Positions 11,301 through 26,054 of a DNA stretch of 60,000 nucleotides are shown piece after piece. The first letter of the stretch is position 1. The number at the start of each line of letters is the position of its first letter. Made by a program: the position numbers and the translations under genes. Source of the stretch: Squalus acanthias (Eukaryota); NCBI GenBank assembly GCA_030390025.1, contig CM059432.1, positions 103,542,001 through 103,602,000 on the forward strand. Reading direction: 5' to 3'. The notes beneath the pieces are model-generated. The model was not told the origin of the DNA and ran no database searches. It was given only the letters and a program-made list of their open reading frames with translations.

Positions 11301-14300
11301 AATTAGCTGTAAATGTTGACTGAATGAATTTGCAGTTAATTACTTTATTAAAATGTGACACAGTTTTCATTTCCAGAATGCTGGAACAAACTACCGTTAC
11401 TAATTCCTCTACCCATAACAGCAGAATGCTGTACATGTGCGCTCACAATATTTTGTAATTCAGGCAAGAACAGGTGTTCTTGAAAAAATAAAGTAACAGG
11501 TTCAAATGCCATGATGGATCACTTTGTTATAATTTGTGCACTGTGCCCATCATTAGAATCTGTTCCTATAACTTGAGTACGTTTTTAAATAATTTCTTTA
11601 TATCCTAATTTCTGAAACAGTCAGAACTGATCATTTGAACATTAATAGCCAAAAGAAGCCAAAATAGGACTGAATCGTGCTAAAGCTGATAATGTGAGGG
11701 TGGTTTCAATGCAGCTGTCTCAAAAATTCTCAAAAAGTTATTTAAAACAAAAATGGAAGGGACGGAGCGGAGCCAGGGTGTTATATGACAGAGCATGAAA
11801 GACAGGAGGTTTATATTTAGTGGCATAAACATTTAAATAGTTGAATGCAGTATATAATGTTCTTAAGGATTATAAGATGTATAAAAGAGCACGGGATGGC
11901 CCTGGACATTTTCAAGTGCAACTTATTTTGTACAAAAATTTATATTTAGAACACTGAGCAATAATCACAGAATTAAGTACCTCAATGATGTACAACAGTA
12001 ACAAACTTAGAATAATTAGGTTTTTTCCCCCCCACTAAATTGCAAATGTCGTAGGTTATTTTTGGACAACCTATCATTTACGAATCTTCTTCTGAATAAA
12101 AATACGTAACACAAAATAAACAATGGTATTTTTAAAAATGTTAAAAATCATCCATGAGTTTATTCCAATTCTTCTATTTTTTCTTAGTCTGCATGTAGAT
12201 CTTCTCAACTCCAATCAATTCATCCTACATTTCAGATAAAAATTACCTCACCAAATTTCAATTAAATTGGGAAGCATTCCAAACGGTTTATCTTTTGCCA
12301 CAATGATACATTTCCACTGTCCATTAGCACATTACTTAAATCCATCAGTCTTTGAACTAGTTTGTCTGCTACATAAGTAAGTCCTTGATGCATGCTGGGG
12401 ACATAGACATCCTGGTCATAATTTACATCTGGTATATTCAAATTCAACTCAAGCAATGCTGTAAGAACCAAAGACTTTTTTTCTTAATTTTAACATTCAT
12501 TAGGCTTTGTTGACACTTCAAAACTATGCAGATCTATACTCTCACTCTCTACACCTCAGTAATGTATTTTCTATGCCGCAACAGTCAACATGTTCTGTGG
12601 GTTACTTTCGTCTTTAAACACGTTCTGAAAGCATCTCACAAAACTATAGACTGTTACATGATCGTTTACTGTAAAACCATTTTTAAATTCCCTGCACTAC
12701 AAACCATCATTCCATGGGGCAATAAAATACTCCTTCAGAATCACAGAATAAGTAAGAAATGTCAAATATTCTGGAGGCTTACTTTGCCAGCAGAATTACC
12801 ATAATAAATTATAAGCCAATTTTGTGTGTTTTGCAGTTAATTTACTGTATGCTCAGCTGTTCATTGCAATTATCCAGGTGGCAAGTGTAGCTTTTTTTCC
12901 CTCGTACTGTAACTCATTTTTTTTAATTAGCAAAGCCCTTGACTGTAGCTTTGGATCAATACTAGCCAAAAACTGGATGTATCATTTCTAGTTTACATTT
13001 ATTAACTGTTTGAAAGCTGTCTGATCTCATTTCTTTTCTTTAAAAAATAACACTGCTCCCCACAATAAGTAATCTAACAAAAAAATTACAAATTTAAGAT
13101 GGTTAATTTGGAAAACTTTCTATTCGATTTAAAAAAGGAGTTCATTTTATTTGTGCCTTTTCTTTCAGGTCAACAACCTTTGCATCTCAAAAGATGGAAC
13201 TCAACCTGTCCCTCACCCTTCGTTCTTTTTTTAAGCAAACTACAGAATTACTCCAAGAGTGACGAGGTTTGGACAGAAATAAACTTCCACTGTAAATAAG
13301 TTTTTAAAAGAAAATTGGGGTCATTTTACAAGAATATTTATGCAGTACTTTAAAGAAATATATTTTTTTAATGTTTAATAATGATTTTTGTGTGGGCTTA
13401 TCCAGCTAAAGAAAGAGTTTACATAAAAGGTTGCCAAACCACTTGTTTGAAAATAAACGAAATAATAATTTCATGACATGTAAGTACATTCCAAAATAAA
13501 TAAAACTCAATGTAAGTAACCATAATTAAAATCATTTTCAACTATACTCAAATGGATTTTTTCCTTTTTCTTTCCAGTTTCCTACTGCTATGTGATAATT
13601 CTCTTATCACAATTATATTTTGATCATTCTTTCCTTAATCCCTCTAAGGAACATCTTCAACACAGCTAGGCAACACTGGGGTCGAGCCACAATAAACACA
13701 TAGATTTTACTCCACTGTCACATTGACCCACAACAGTGTGGTATTTGCAAGTCTGGTAGAAACTGAAAAAGTGCTTTCGCTTATTACTCGGTACAAATTC
13801 TTGATTGCTTGAAATATGATTTCCCAAGGTGGCTGACACTGAATCATTAGGAATAAAAAGCCAATTTATCCTCAAGGGATACATTTAATGAAGACAGTAA
13901 GGCAGAGTCGTCAGACAAGAGACAGAATGCAATAGACTCATTGTCAAAAATACCTCATCACATGTTTACTTTATATTTTTCCTTACCTCACATCAATTAC
14001 TATTAACTGTCCCTTCCAAAATAATCACATTGGTTACACAATTACAAACTTTCAATCTTTAGGTGTTGTAATAATTTAATTGTATACCTCACATAAACCA
14101 AGATAGTCTCCATTTTACAATCTTCCATTTTGCTTTTTATTGGAGCTTTTCTTCCCAGCATTACAACGTACCTAAAAATTCTTAATACTCAATTCTCCAT
14201 GTATCAGGATCTGTGGAAAAAAAACCTGAATATTTACAGCAAAAACTGAATATGCCTCCTAAGGCACACTTCTAATTAATGAGTTATATTTCATGAATCC

Positions 14301-15199
14301 ATGATTTTACATGTCATTGTCCACTCCAGAGAAAAACAAAGATGAAACACCTAATGCGTAAGGCTCAATTAAATTAGCACGTTGAACGTGATGTCAACAT
14401 GGCAAGTTGTTTAACCCAAAATGACAAACCTAGTGAGGTTAGGTAAGGAGAAAATGTCTCAGCCCTCACAGTTCAAGTAACACATTGCTAGCGAAATGTG
14501 ATTGAGATTGGTTTCCAATAATAATGATTTTCAGTGGCTGGGAACCCAATTATGAAGATTGCGTAATGGTATGCCTACCTAATTTCACTAGACTAGCATA
14601 GCATGTCTTAAAATTTTTGCAGCTCCTCATTAAATCACACTTTATGTATCATATCTACCTAGCCTTAGATGGTGAAAAACATCGATGATGTTTCGTTTCC
14701 ACCATCCATCCTCCTGTACTACAATTCTCATTATGTATTAATATAGAAGACTTCCTTGACTGGGGGTTTAAAATTTAATTTATCTCCCCTTTCTTCCCAG
14801 AATTCTAAAGACCCCTGTCCCTCCACACCAAGTACTTGACTGTAGTTTAAACAAACCAAGTGTTTTAATCTTCCTTGCCATTGCATAAATAAAGCACATA
14901 TGATGGGCAAGAAGGAGGAAATATTACAGATGAGAATTTTTTCCTTCTTTAGCTTAAGGATTTCTAGAATGCAAATGCCTCGCCACTTTGAAAGAACAAC
15001 ATGAACAGCCCTCTAATAAGGTCAAGAGCTATCCAGTCTGCTGGGTCACAAGTGCATAGCTGCACGTGACCCCTATTCAGTTAGCTAGTCTGTTGGTGCA
15101 AAACGAGGCAAAAATTACCAAATTGCTGATTAACTATCTCTTCACACAGGGTAATGAGAAGCTGCCTCTTAAATTTATAAAATGTTATGGTTTAATTTA

Positions 15200-16200
15200 C
15201 GAAATCACAAGATAATTAGGGATGAGGAAAGCCATTCGGCTCACCTTAATTCATCCATCCAGAGAGCCTAACATCCCGCCACTATGGCAGGCAATTATTT
15301 CTTAGATTATCCCAGGGTTCTTGCCTCCACCGCTCTATCTGCAAATTTATTCCACAAATTAATCATGTTCTGTGCAAAGGAGAATTTCCTGATATCCATC
15401 CTAAAAGTACCGTTTCCTAGTTTGAACCCGCATCCCCTAGTTCTAGTTCCACAGTTTAATTTAAGGTAATATTCCAAGTTAACTTTTTCTAAATCTTTAC
15501 CTCACTATATACCTCACTAAGATCACCTCTCCGATGTTTCCTCTCTAAGCTGACGGGCCCGAGTTTCTGCAGTCTTACCTCATGACTCAGACCTTTACCA
15601 CCAGGGATCAGCCTCATGGCTTTTCTCTGCACTGCCTCCAGCACTTGAATGTCTCCCGATTCTTGATGACCAGACACTGGATAGAGTATTGAATGTGCAG
15701 TTTGACTATACCACAATAAAGTTTGATCCTTACCTCCTTATATTCTATTGTTTTGACGATTTAGTTCAACATCCTATTGCCTTTGTTGACTGATCTGCAT
15801 TGGTTAACCACGTTTAGCATTGAGTCTACTCAGACCCCTAGGCCTCTTTCAGCTTCATCGTTGGCTATTTCAACACCATTCATGGAGTATGCCCGTTATC
15901 TATTTATCCTTCCTACGTGTAACACTTTACACTCGTCCGCATTAATTTATTTTCATCTGTGATTGCATATCTTGTCCTTGTTCAACTCATTCTCTAATCG
16001 TTGAGCTACCTTTTCTGATTTCACTGCTCCTCCGAGTCTGGTATCAGCTGCAAATTTGACCACATTGCATTGAGTTTCTGAATCCAAGTCATTTAAATAA
16101 ATTAGAAACAGTAGTGGTCCCAGCACCAAGCCCCGAGGCATCCCACTCAGTACTCCTTCAACAAGTACTCATTGTTTCCTACCCTTCAGCCAGTTTCTTC
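15200..16200 (-). mobile_element. Degenerate CR1-type LINE 3' region (may continue, interrupted, to about 18200)
   Basis: Peptides PRGLVLGPLLFLIYLNDLD..KFAADTRLGG and LEAVQRKAMRLIPG..RRGDL. Confidence 0.85.
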
Positions 16201-16212
16201 TTCAGCTGGTGT

Positions 16213-16628
16213 CAGCCTCGCCTCAGTGGTAGCCCTTGCATCCCTGAGTTAGAAGGTTGTGCATTTGAGCCCCACTCAAGAGACAGAAGCACATAATCTA
16301 AGCTGACACACTAGTGCTGCCTTTGGGACATGACGTTAAACTGATGCCTCATCTTCCCCTCCAAGTGGATATAAAAAGTCCAATGACACTAGGAGAGGAG
16401 GAGCAGGAGAGTTTGCCACAGTGTACTGACCAATATTTATAACTAAAAGCAACATCACTAATACTGGTTATTTATCTTGTGGCTGTTTGTGGGAATTGCT
16501 GTGTGCAAATTGGCTGCTGCATTTGCCTACATTACAACAGTGACTACACTTGAAACGTACTTCATTGGCTGTGGACTGTCCTGAGGTCATGAAAGGCATT
16601 ATATAAATGCAAGTTCTTTCTTTTTATT
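16213..16628 (+). mobile_element. SacSINE1/DeuSINE-like SINE, near full length, diverged
   Basis: tRNA-like head (cctcagtggtag A box, degenerate B box), shared core gtgtgcaaattggctgc and tail atataaatgcaagttcttt. Confidence 0.8.
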
Positions 16629-16811
16629 TGCATCTTTTATGGTTTTCACCTCCTCTCTGAACAATAATGACCTACTACTACAATCTCTCTGTGACCTGCA
16701 AACTGTGTCTTTGTCCAGGCTATACTTGGTGGTTTTCTAACTATCTTTTCTTCTGGGACCTTATTGCCTTCTGTAATGTCGCACAGTGCCTTGTAACTGT
16801 TTGCGAATATA

Positions 16812-17704
16812 GGGGGAAAAATTCAGTATCGCTCCATTTGGGGCGCAATTATCGGCCATGTGCAAAGTTTAGCGCCTGGCGCTAATTATCGCCTCCGACT
16901 GCAAACTTGACTTTTATCGCCCCTGGAGGTGATTGGAGCGCTAAATCAGGCGCTTCACACCTGTCTTAAGGCGCAAAGGCCGAGGAGCAAGGCGCTACCT
17001 CAGAGCGCTGGCGAAGCTCATGTGATGTCAGTCAGCAATGGAACACACACACAATGGCGCCGGCCAGTTCTTAAAGGGGAGGGTTGATCTTGCTCTCCAT
17101 CCACATCCTGCTCATTGCAGCCTTGAATCTCAGCCTGGGAGAGACCTGTACATCAAATCTGCTGGAAAGAACAATGGAGAGACCCAGGGAAAGAGCTCAG
17201 AGTGCAGCCCCCACAGTCTCTTCTAAATCGATACAAGGAAGGGAAATCAAAATGAACCTGCAAAGTGCTGCTCAGTACCCAAAACTCCTTCACACAGCGT
17301 TGAATCTCTCCAGAAGTCTCTCTCTCTTTCTCTCTCAGAATGCGTGGTGCAAAAATGTCACCAACAAAAAAAGGCAGGAAGCGGTCGCCTTTAAATAGCG
17401 CTCCCCCAGTCCCTTCCTGACTGCAAAACGCTCCCCTCAACCTGTCGTTGCTAGCGGCAGGCAGTAAGGCAGGGGGCCACTCAATATCCGCTCCGAGGCG
17501 CTACCGGGGCGTTGCGCACTCGACTGACGTCACGATCTGCCAGCGCAGGAGATCGTGGCAGTAGTGCTTAGCGCCGCCGCAAAATGTCTAGTTAATTTCG
17601 TGAGCGGCACAAACATTGCCGCGCCCGGGCGCTAGTTGCTGTGCGCCCCATTAGTGCCCTCTTAAGGTGCTAATGGGAGGCGCAACCAACTGAATTTTTC
17701 CCTC
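16812..17704. mobile_element. Non-autonomous DNA transposon with 16-bp terminal inverted repeats (probably PIF/Harbinger-type)
   Basis: gggggaaaaattcagt (16812-16827) and actgaatttttccctc (17689-17704), one mismatch; CpG-rich subterminal regions with many ggcgc/gcgcc motifs; no transposase ORF. Confidence 0.7.
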
Positions 17705-18872
17705 AATCTTTTGGGTAGCTTCATAGTGTTTCCTATCTTAATCCATCAAGCATCTCCATTTCCTTGGTTTCTTTCCGCAATTGTTGCCCTGTCATGACAA
17801 TGCTATTCCTAAATGTATTGGTCGCGAGCGCCAATCGCTGAAGGTTCACTCTATAGATCTGATGCTAACCTGGCCATGGCACTTAGCTGAAATCATTCAC
17901 CGAGTCAAATACTATCCACTCACCCTCAAAAAATACCTTCCCTTCTGTCTGCCCTTGTAAGTTCAAGTACCTTGCTCTGCATGGCCATAACTCTTTATTG
18001 ATTAATATGCAGTTTTTGCATCTCTTCATCCCTCTATTATATCTGGTTTTCTCATTTGTGAACATCCCACGGCAAACACACATTATGGTTCCCATCTTAG
18101 TTATACTACTCTTGGCTGTTTCACTCATTGTTATATTTATCCCATTTTCCCCTTTGGTTTAACTTTACCTTTTTATTTCAATTTTATCTGATGCCCCCTT
18201 TTAATTTTTTCTTCCCTCATATTATTTATTTTGGCTTGACTTGCCTTTGTCACCTAATTCACACAGGTGTTCTCTTTCACTTTAGTTCCTCTCTCATGCT
18301 CTCTCTAAGTTTACTTCTGCCTATGCTGATCTTTTAAGGAAATAAATAAAATTACAGATCCGTTTTGCTTTCCTTCTCCCATTATTTTACCTGATTGCTG
18401 AAACATTTATACTGTTCAGGAGACAATGGCGAATTGAGCTCTCCCAGTGGTCAAGTATTGCCCCATTACAATTTGCCTTTCTTACCCATTTATATAGCTT
18501 CCAATGGCGTCTATCAGCCACTATATTTAGACTACCATAAAAAGTCACAGGAGAAATTGTCGAATGGTGGATTTTATTAATTGTTTTATTTATTTATTGC
18601 ATTTTTATAATAGGCTACTCAGATGAAGCTTTAAAACTCTGCGGGAATTTGTTATATAAAATAGTTAATTTACTTCAAGATGTACCAATGAAAACACAGA
18701 TACACAGAGAGACGATGACGTACAGAGCCCCCACCTCCAATCATCGTACACTACGCCGTGGTTTCAGTTGCCCAGCAACTGTCCAGTCTAACTGAGCTCA
18801 GAACTAAGTCGGGTTTGATTTTGTTTGTATACGTCGCACTATAACTATATGTGCCGGGACCAACAGTGAAAA

Positions 18873-20509
<1,637 letters not shown>

Positions 20510-20669
20510 TGGCGATTAGTACTATTAAGCCATTGTTTAAGTTGCATATGTGTATAATTCGTACATTTTGTACAATGCTTGAGCATTAAAGGGCTTAAAA
20601 TATTAAACCTCTATGCTGGTAGGGGTACACGGGCAGCTGGTAGATCTGGAAGGGGGTATACAATAAGTA

Positions 20670-20686
20670 AAATTTGGGAACCTCTG
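20670..20686 (-). repeat. 3' terminal inverted repeat of the hAT element
   Basis: Reverse complement reads cagaggttcccaaattt, Charlie/Buster-like, followed on + by ctctac resembling the nTCTAGAn target preference; matching 5' TIR not found. Confidence 0.7.
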
Positions 20687-22350
20687 CTCTACTCCAATCC
20701 ACCCCTACCCAATCTATCATCGTTACCTCTTTTAGTCTTTTATTCATTTATCTTTCCCACAGAATCTTGAATGAGAGGTTAGCAGAAATTGCAATCAATA
20801 TCAGCATGTACTGTACAAGCATCTTTATGTTGTTTGAGCATAGTTGGAGTTATCATTGAAGTTGCTTCAGATGGGATATCTGCTTTACAGTGGATATGGG
20901 GTAACCCACAGAGAAAAAGCCTGTTCCTGAAGCTAGAAGCTCAGAGACACAGAAAGTAATGCTCAGGACATCTTCCAGAGAAGCTGAACATCAGCAGAGA
21001 ACATTAAAGCACTTAGCCCTTTTACTCCACCAACTTGTGAATCAATTGATTTATATTCAGGGCTAAACCATATAAATACCCCCTCCCATGCCCCTTCCTC
21101 CAAAAACAGCAGGGGGAGGCAGCATGGGAAACTGAATGTCCAAGTCACCAATGGCCTCATCAAAAATGACAACTAGACACAAAAAATACAAACCAAAATG
21201 ACAGTAACTATATCAACTTACATCAATGAGGAGAGGCAAATAGAAGACAGAAATAGAATTCACAACATATCAAGAGGGGGGAACGAGAAGAGGGGAGGGG
21301 GCAGGAGGAGAGGAGGGGCAGAGGGAAAAGAGGAGGACAAGGTTGAGAGGGAGGGGATAGAGGGAAGGGAAGAGGGGAGCGAGGAAGAAATGGAGCAGGG
21401 GAGGAGCCACGTGATATTAAAATCACTCCCTCCTCTACCTCTTTCCCTTTAAACTACCTGCTCAACCCCAATATCCTCTCCTCTGCCCTCCTCCTCCCCT
21501 GAAGGGAAGGTGTAATTACAGTGTGACGAGTTTACAGAGGCAGCTTCCATTAGAAAAATTAACATGGTCATTTGTAATATAAAACCGTGTATGACTTTAA
21601 AATGGCAACTGAGGACATCTACACAGCCTGCTCCAATTTTCCTCATCATTCACCCTCTGATCCCCTGTCCACTGAAGACAGCGCAGCCTGTTTCGGAGCC
21701 GTCAATGACAGACCGCAACTTCAGGATTTCCGCACGCAGTCATTGTAAACCTACTGGACAGAGGTTTCCAAAAACTCTTGTTGGTTTTGCGTTCCCCAGA
21801 AACTTGACCAGGGATAAAACTGACCTTTAAATCTCCAATACTAAGTGAAGACACTTCCCCTGCTCAAAAGAGCTGAGACAAACAAGAAAGCACACTGGAA
21901 ATTAAAATATGTTACACAATTATTAATTTAACACTGCAATCCTGCACTTAGCAAATGAAAGCTTTCCTTGCAGGCCATGGCACATGGATTGCTTGCTTTG
22001 TATCTGAATCACTTCTAGGCACAAAGAAAACCTGATTTTTTTTTTCTGAACAACTATTTTTAAATGCTATTCAGCACGATAGCTGCTATGGAAACTGACA
22101 AAACAGAACCTCCATATCAGTCGGCATCATTTCCTTTTTAAAGGAGACAGCAAGAGACTGATTTTCTCAAGTCACATGGCTCACTGCATGACTCACAACC
22201 CAAAGATCACGAGTTGGAGTCCCAGCTGGGCTGTCTTGTCACTTACCTCACTTTCCCCAACAAAGCCCCTGGATGGGGCATTTCATGGGGAGATGAGTTC
22301 CATCTCACGTGTCACAGAACATCTGCCATCTCAATGCCAAGTGCACACAT

Positions 22351-22518
22351 GGGGGTTGAATTTCCGTGGGGGGCGCTCCAGCTATCCCACTGTAACTTTG
22401 GTGGAAATCCCTGGACAAACGACACAAATAGCCATTTACGCTGTTTCTCCAGGGTTTCTGTCGATCTTCCACCGAAGTCACGTGGGAGATCGGGGAAGCC
22501 CTGCGAAAATTCAAACCT
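22351..22518. mobile_element. Palindromic MITE (~170 bp)
   Basis: Ends gggggttgaatttcc / gaaaattcaaacc; internal arms tcccactgtaactttggtggaa / ttccaccgaagtcacgtggga; same family as 28584-28767. Confidence 0.7.
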
Positions 22519-22596
22519 GCGGCTCTTACCACTCGGCCTTCTAGGAGGCACCAACTGTCCTGTCTTCCCAGCTGCAGATATCCGGTGTCACTAACT

Positions 22597-24005
22597 GTCA
22601 ACAACAACTTGCATTTATATAGTGCCTTGAACGTCCCAAAGTGCTTCACGGGGTCGTTATTGGACAAACTTTCACACGAGCCATGTAAAGAGATTTTAGC
22701 ACAGAAAGAGGTACGTTTTAAGGAGTGACTTAAAGGAGGAGAGACGTACAGAGGCGGAGAGGTTTAGGGACGGAATTCCAGAGATTAGGGCCTAGGAAGC
22801 TGAAGACACAGCCGCCAATGGTGAAGCGATGAAAATTGGAGGGTGCACAAGATGCCAGAATTTGAGGATCGCAGAGATCTTTAAGGGTTGTAGGGCTGGA
22901 GGAGGTTACAGAGTTAGGGAGTGGCCAGGCCATGTAGGGATTTGAAAACAAGGATAAGAATGTTAAAATCGAGGTGTTGTCATACCTGGAGCCAATGTAG
23001 GTCAGTGAACACAGGGGTGATGGGCGAACAGGACTTAAGTGTGAGTTAGGATATGGGCAACAGAGTTTCAGATGAGCTCAAATTTATGGAGGGTGGTAGT
23101 TGGGAGGCCGACCAGGAGAGCATTGGAAGAGTCAAGTCTGGAGGTAACAAAGGCATGGAGGAGGGATTCAGCAGATGAGCTGAGGCAGGGCGGCGATGGC
23201 TGATATTATGGAGGTGGAATTAGGCGGTCTTGGAGATGGAGAGGATATGGGGTCGGAAGATCAGCTCAGGGTCAAATAGGATGCTGATGTTGCAAACAGT
23301 CAGCTTCAGCCAGTAGCCAAAGAGGGGGATGAAGTCAGTGGCTAGGAACAGAGCTTGTTGAGGGTGGGGAGGGGACCACAGATAATATTGGGGGGAATTT
23401 TAACCCCAAAAAATGGGTGGGTTGGGGTCAGGTGGGAAGTTAAAAAGGTTAAAAGTCTGAATCCTGACCCCACTCCGCCCACTTGGGGGTGGGGTGGTGT
23501 TGGTAGGCAGCCAACCCACTCCCAGGAGGCGGGTTGCCATTTAAATATTATAATGAGGCAGGCATGCCTCTGATTTAACCACCATTAAATCACCATTGTA
23601 AATTTAACTGTAGCTGGTCGGGTTTCGCATGTCTTGTGAAATCATTTACCTCCTGGATCCAGCGTCCCTGCCTAACCCACCCCCCACGATCAGAGATCCC
23701 CTCCACGAGGCATCCGATCCACCCCCCCCCCCGGCCTCTGATCTCCATCCCCCCAGGCCTCCGATTCTGTCCCCCATGCTCCTCCGGCCCCCTGATGATC
23801 ACCCGGCCCCCACCACCACCCCATTTCCAACCCGCCTCCCGAATAAAACTCAGGCCAATGGCTTCACTCTTCCTGATATTTGATTGGAGAAAATTGCTGC
23901 TCATCCAGTACTGGATGTCAGTCAAGCAGCGGAACAAATCAGAGACAGTGGAGGGGGTCGAGAGAGGTGGTGGTGAGGTAGAGCTGGTTGTCATCAGCGA
24001 ATATC
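22597..24005 (-). mobile_element. L2-type LINE 3' region, interrupted at about 23390-23850
   Basis: Peptides IFADDNQLYL, CLTDIQYWMSSNFLQSNIRKSEAI and TIGGCVFSFLGPNLWNSVP; tail ggcactatataaatgcaagttgttgttg on minus strand. Confidence 0.88.
23390..23850. mobile_element. MITE-like DNA element inserted into the L2
   Basis: Begins ggggggaattttaacccc; GC-rich; splits the L2 RT coding sequence; shares motifs with 1295-1948. Confidence 0.55.
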
Positions 24006-24356
24006 ATAGCCTCTTGTGCACTACATGTACTCCCACAACTAACTGTGCATCCTCTGCCAGGTTGAATGGCAACACGTGGTTTGCAAGGGGGGGGTGGTGG
24101 AATTGGAAGGGAAGGGGAAAAAAACACATATCTTTTAAAAGGGAGTGTTCAGAGTTTTGGCCAGTTTTCTTATGTTTTGCTATGGGTTTTTTTTAAACGA
24201 GAGAGAGGTGCCAGTTGCTGGTCCAAAATCTTTAAGGCTATTTGAAGATATTAGACCTTTCTTTCATTGATTTACAGCATTTTACATCGAACTTTTCAGC
24301 ACAGCAAAGTCAAGAAGGCAGTGCTGCTGGCTCCAGAGGTCATATAGACCAGGTGG

Positions 24357-24358
<2 letters not shown>

Positions 24359-24409
<51 letters not shown>
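24359..24409 (+). repeat. (AC)n microsatellite, about 25 units
   Basis: Read directly. Confidence 0.98.
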
Positions 24410-24410
<1 letters not shown>

Positions 24411-25001
24411 TATATCTGTCCACTGCTGGCCTGAGAACCTCACTATAATGTACACATCATCAGGAAAGGTCTTGCATCATCCAGGACATTGCAGCAGGGC
24501 AGTGCAGCCATGAAATTTGCCTGCAACATCAGGGGTTGGAATCAGCACAGGTGATCAAAACTTCTTGAAAGCTTATAAAAAGTGTACACACCCCACCTAG
24601 CAGTGTGATTTTTGGCTCTCCCAACTGTACGGTCCATCCCCAGCCAATGGGGAAGGTGTGGCTGCCAGCTACATAGTTGCAAACCATAACTTCAAAACAA
24701 GCACTTGTTGTTACTGTTAACAACTGCTGTGGAATCCACCCAGCAACATAAACAGGTTGGTTACTACAGCACTTGGGATTTCAGGCAGTTTTGCAGATCT
24801 GCTTCCTAAAGCAGCTCTGCAATATAATAGAAATGTGGGAAAGTACAGGACCAGAAAAGACTCTGAAGTTCATCCAGCCAGTCCCAAAGACCAACACCTT
24901 TCAAATCACGCCTTTCTCTTTAAATATCTATCAAATTATCCTTTCATTTTTCTGCTGTATCTGCTTCAATTGCCACGCTGGGCAGTCGGTTCTACCCTCT
25001 G

Positions 25002-26050
25002 CATAAGAACATAAGAAATAGGAGCGGGAGTAGGCCATACGGCCCCTCGAACCTGCTCCGCCATTCAATAAGATCATGGCTGATCATCGACCTCAATTCC
25101 ACCTTCTCGCCCGATCTCCATATCCCTCGATTCCCCTAGAGTCCAAAAATCTATCTATCTCAGCCTTCAATATACTCAAAGACTCAGCATGCACAGCCCT
25201 CTGGGGCAGAGAATTCCAAAGATTCACAATCCTCTGAGTGAAGAAATTCCTCCTCATCTCGGTCTTAAATGGCCTACCCCTTATCCTGAGACTATGCCCC
25301 CTAGTTCTAGACACTCCAGCCAGGGGAAACAACCTCTCAGCATCTATCCTGTCAATCCCTTTCAGAATCTTGTATGTTTCAACGAGATCACCTCTCATTC
25401 TTCTAAACTCCAGAGAGTATAGGCCCAATCTACACAATCTCTCATCCCAGGAATCAATCTAGTGAACCTTCGATGCACCGCCTCCAAGGCAAGTATATCC
25501 TTCCTTAGATAAGGAGACCAAAACTGTGCACAGTTCTCCAAGTGTGGTCTCACCAAGGCCCTGTACAATTGCAGTAAGACTTCCTTACTCTTGTACTCCA
25601 ACCCCCTTGCAATAAAGGCCAACATGCCATTTGCCTTCCTTATTGCTTGCTGAACCTGCATGCTAGCTTTCTGTGTTTCTTGCAAGAGGACACCCAAATC
25701 TCTCTGAACACCAACATTTGAAAGTTTCTCACCATTTAAAAAATATTCTGTTTTTCTATTCTTCCTACCAAAGTGAATAACATCACATTTCCCTACATTA
25801 TACTCTATCTGCCACCTTACTGCCCACTCACTTAGTCTATCTATATCCCTTTGCAGACTCTTTGTGTTCTCCTCACAGATTACTGTCCCCACCTAGCTTG
25901 GTATCAGCAGCAAACTTGGATGTATTACACTCGGTCCCTTCATCTAGGTCATTAATATAGATTGTAAATAGCGGAGGCCCCAACGCGGATCCTTGCGGCA
26001 CCCCACTAGTTATAGCCTGCCAACCTGAAAAAGATCCGTTTATCCCTACA
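25002..26050 (-). mobile_element. Young CR1-type (HER1-like) LINE, 5'-truncated
   Basis: ORFs 25395..25892 and 25093..25437 give a CR1 RT C-terminus (LQRDIDRLSEWA, LYRALVRPHLE, RRMRGDLVETYKI, FFTQRIVNLWNSLP); 3' end ggcctactcccgctcctatttcttatgttcttatg on minus. Confidence 0.93.
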
Positions 26051-26054
26051 AAGT

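Noticed and set aside
12262..12471. Protein-like minus-strand ORF after a ttcttacag acceptor
   Set aside because: No recognisable homology and no convincing donor or partner exons
15043..15072. Short hairpin gggtcacaagtgca-tagc-tgcacgtgaccc containing an E-box
   Set aside because: Too short and isolated to support an RNA gene or regulatory call
21270..21500. Purine-rich tract followed by pyrimidine-rich tract (possible hairpin, H-DNA or G4); similar tract at 51300-51410
   Set aside because: Low-complexity sequence with only partial complementarity; the E/G/R-rich ORFs are compositional artefacts
21523..21536. 14-mer gtgacgagtttaca recurring near 52819
   Set aside because: A few exact 14-mer matches are expected by chance in 60 kb and the flanks do not align
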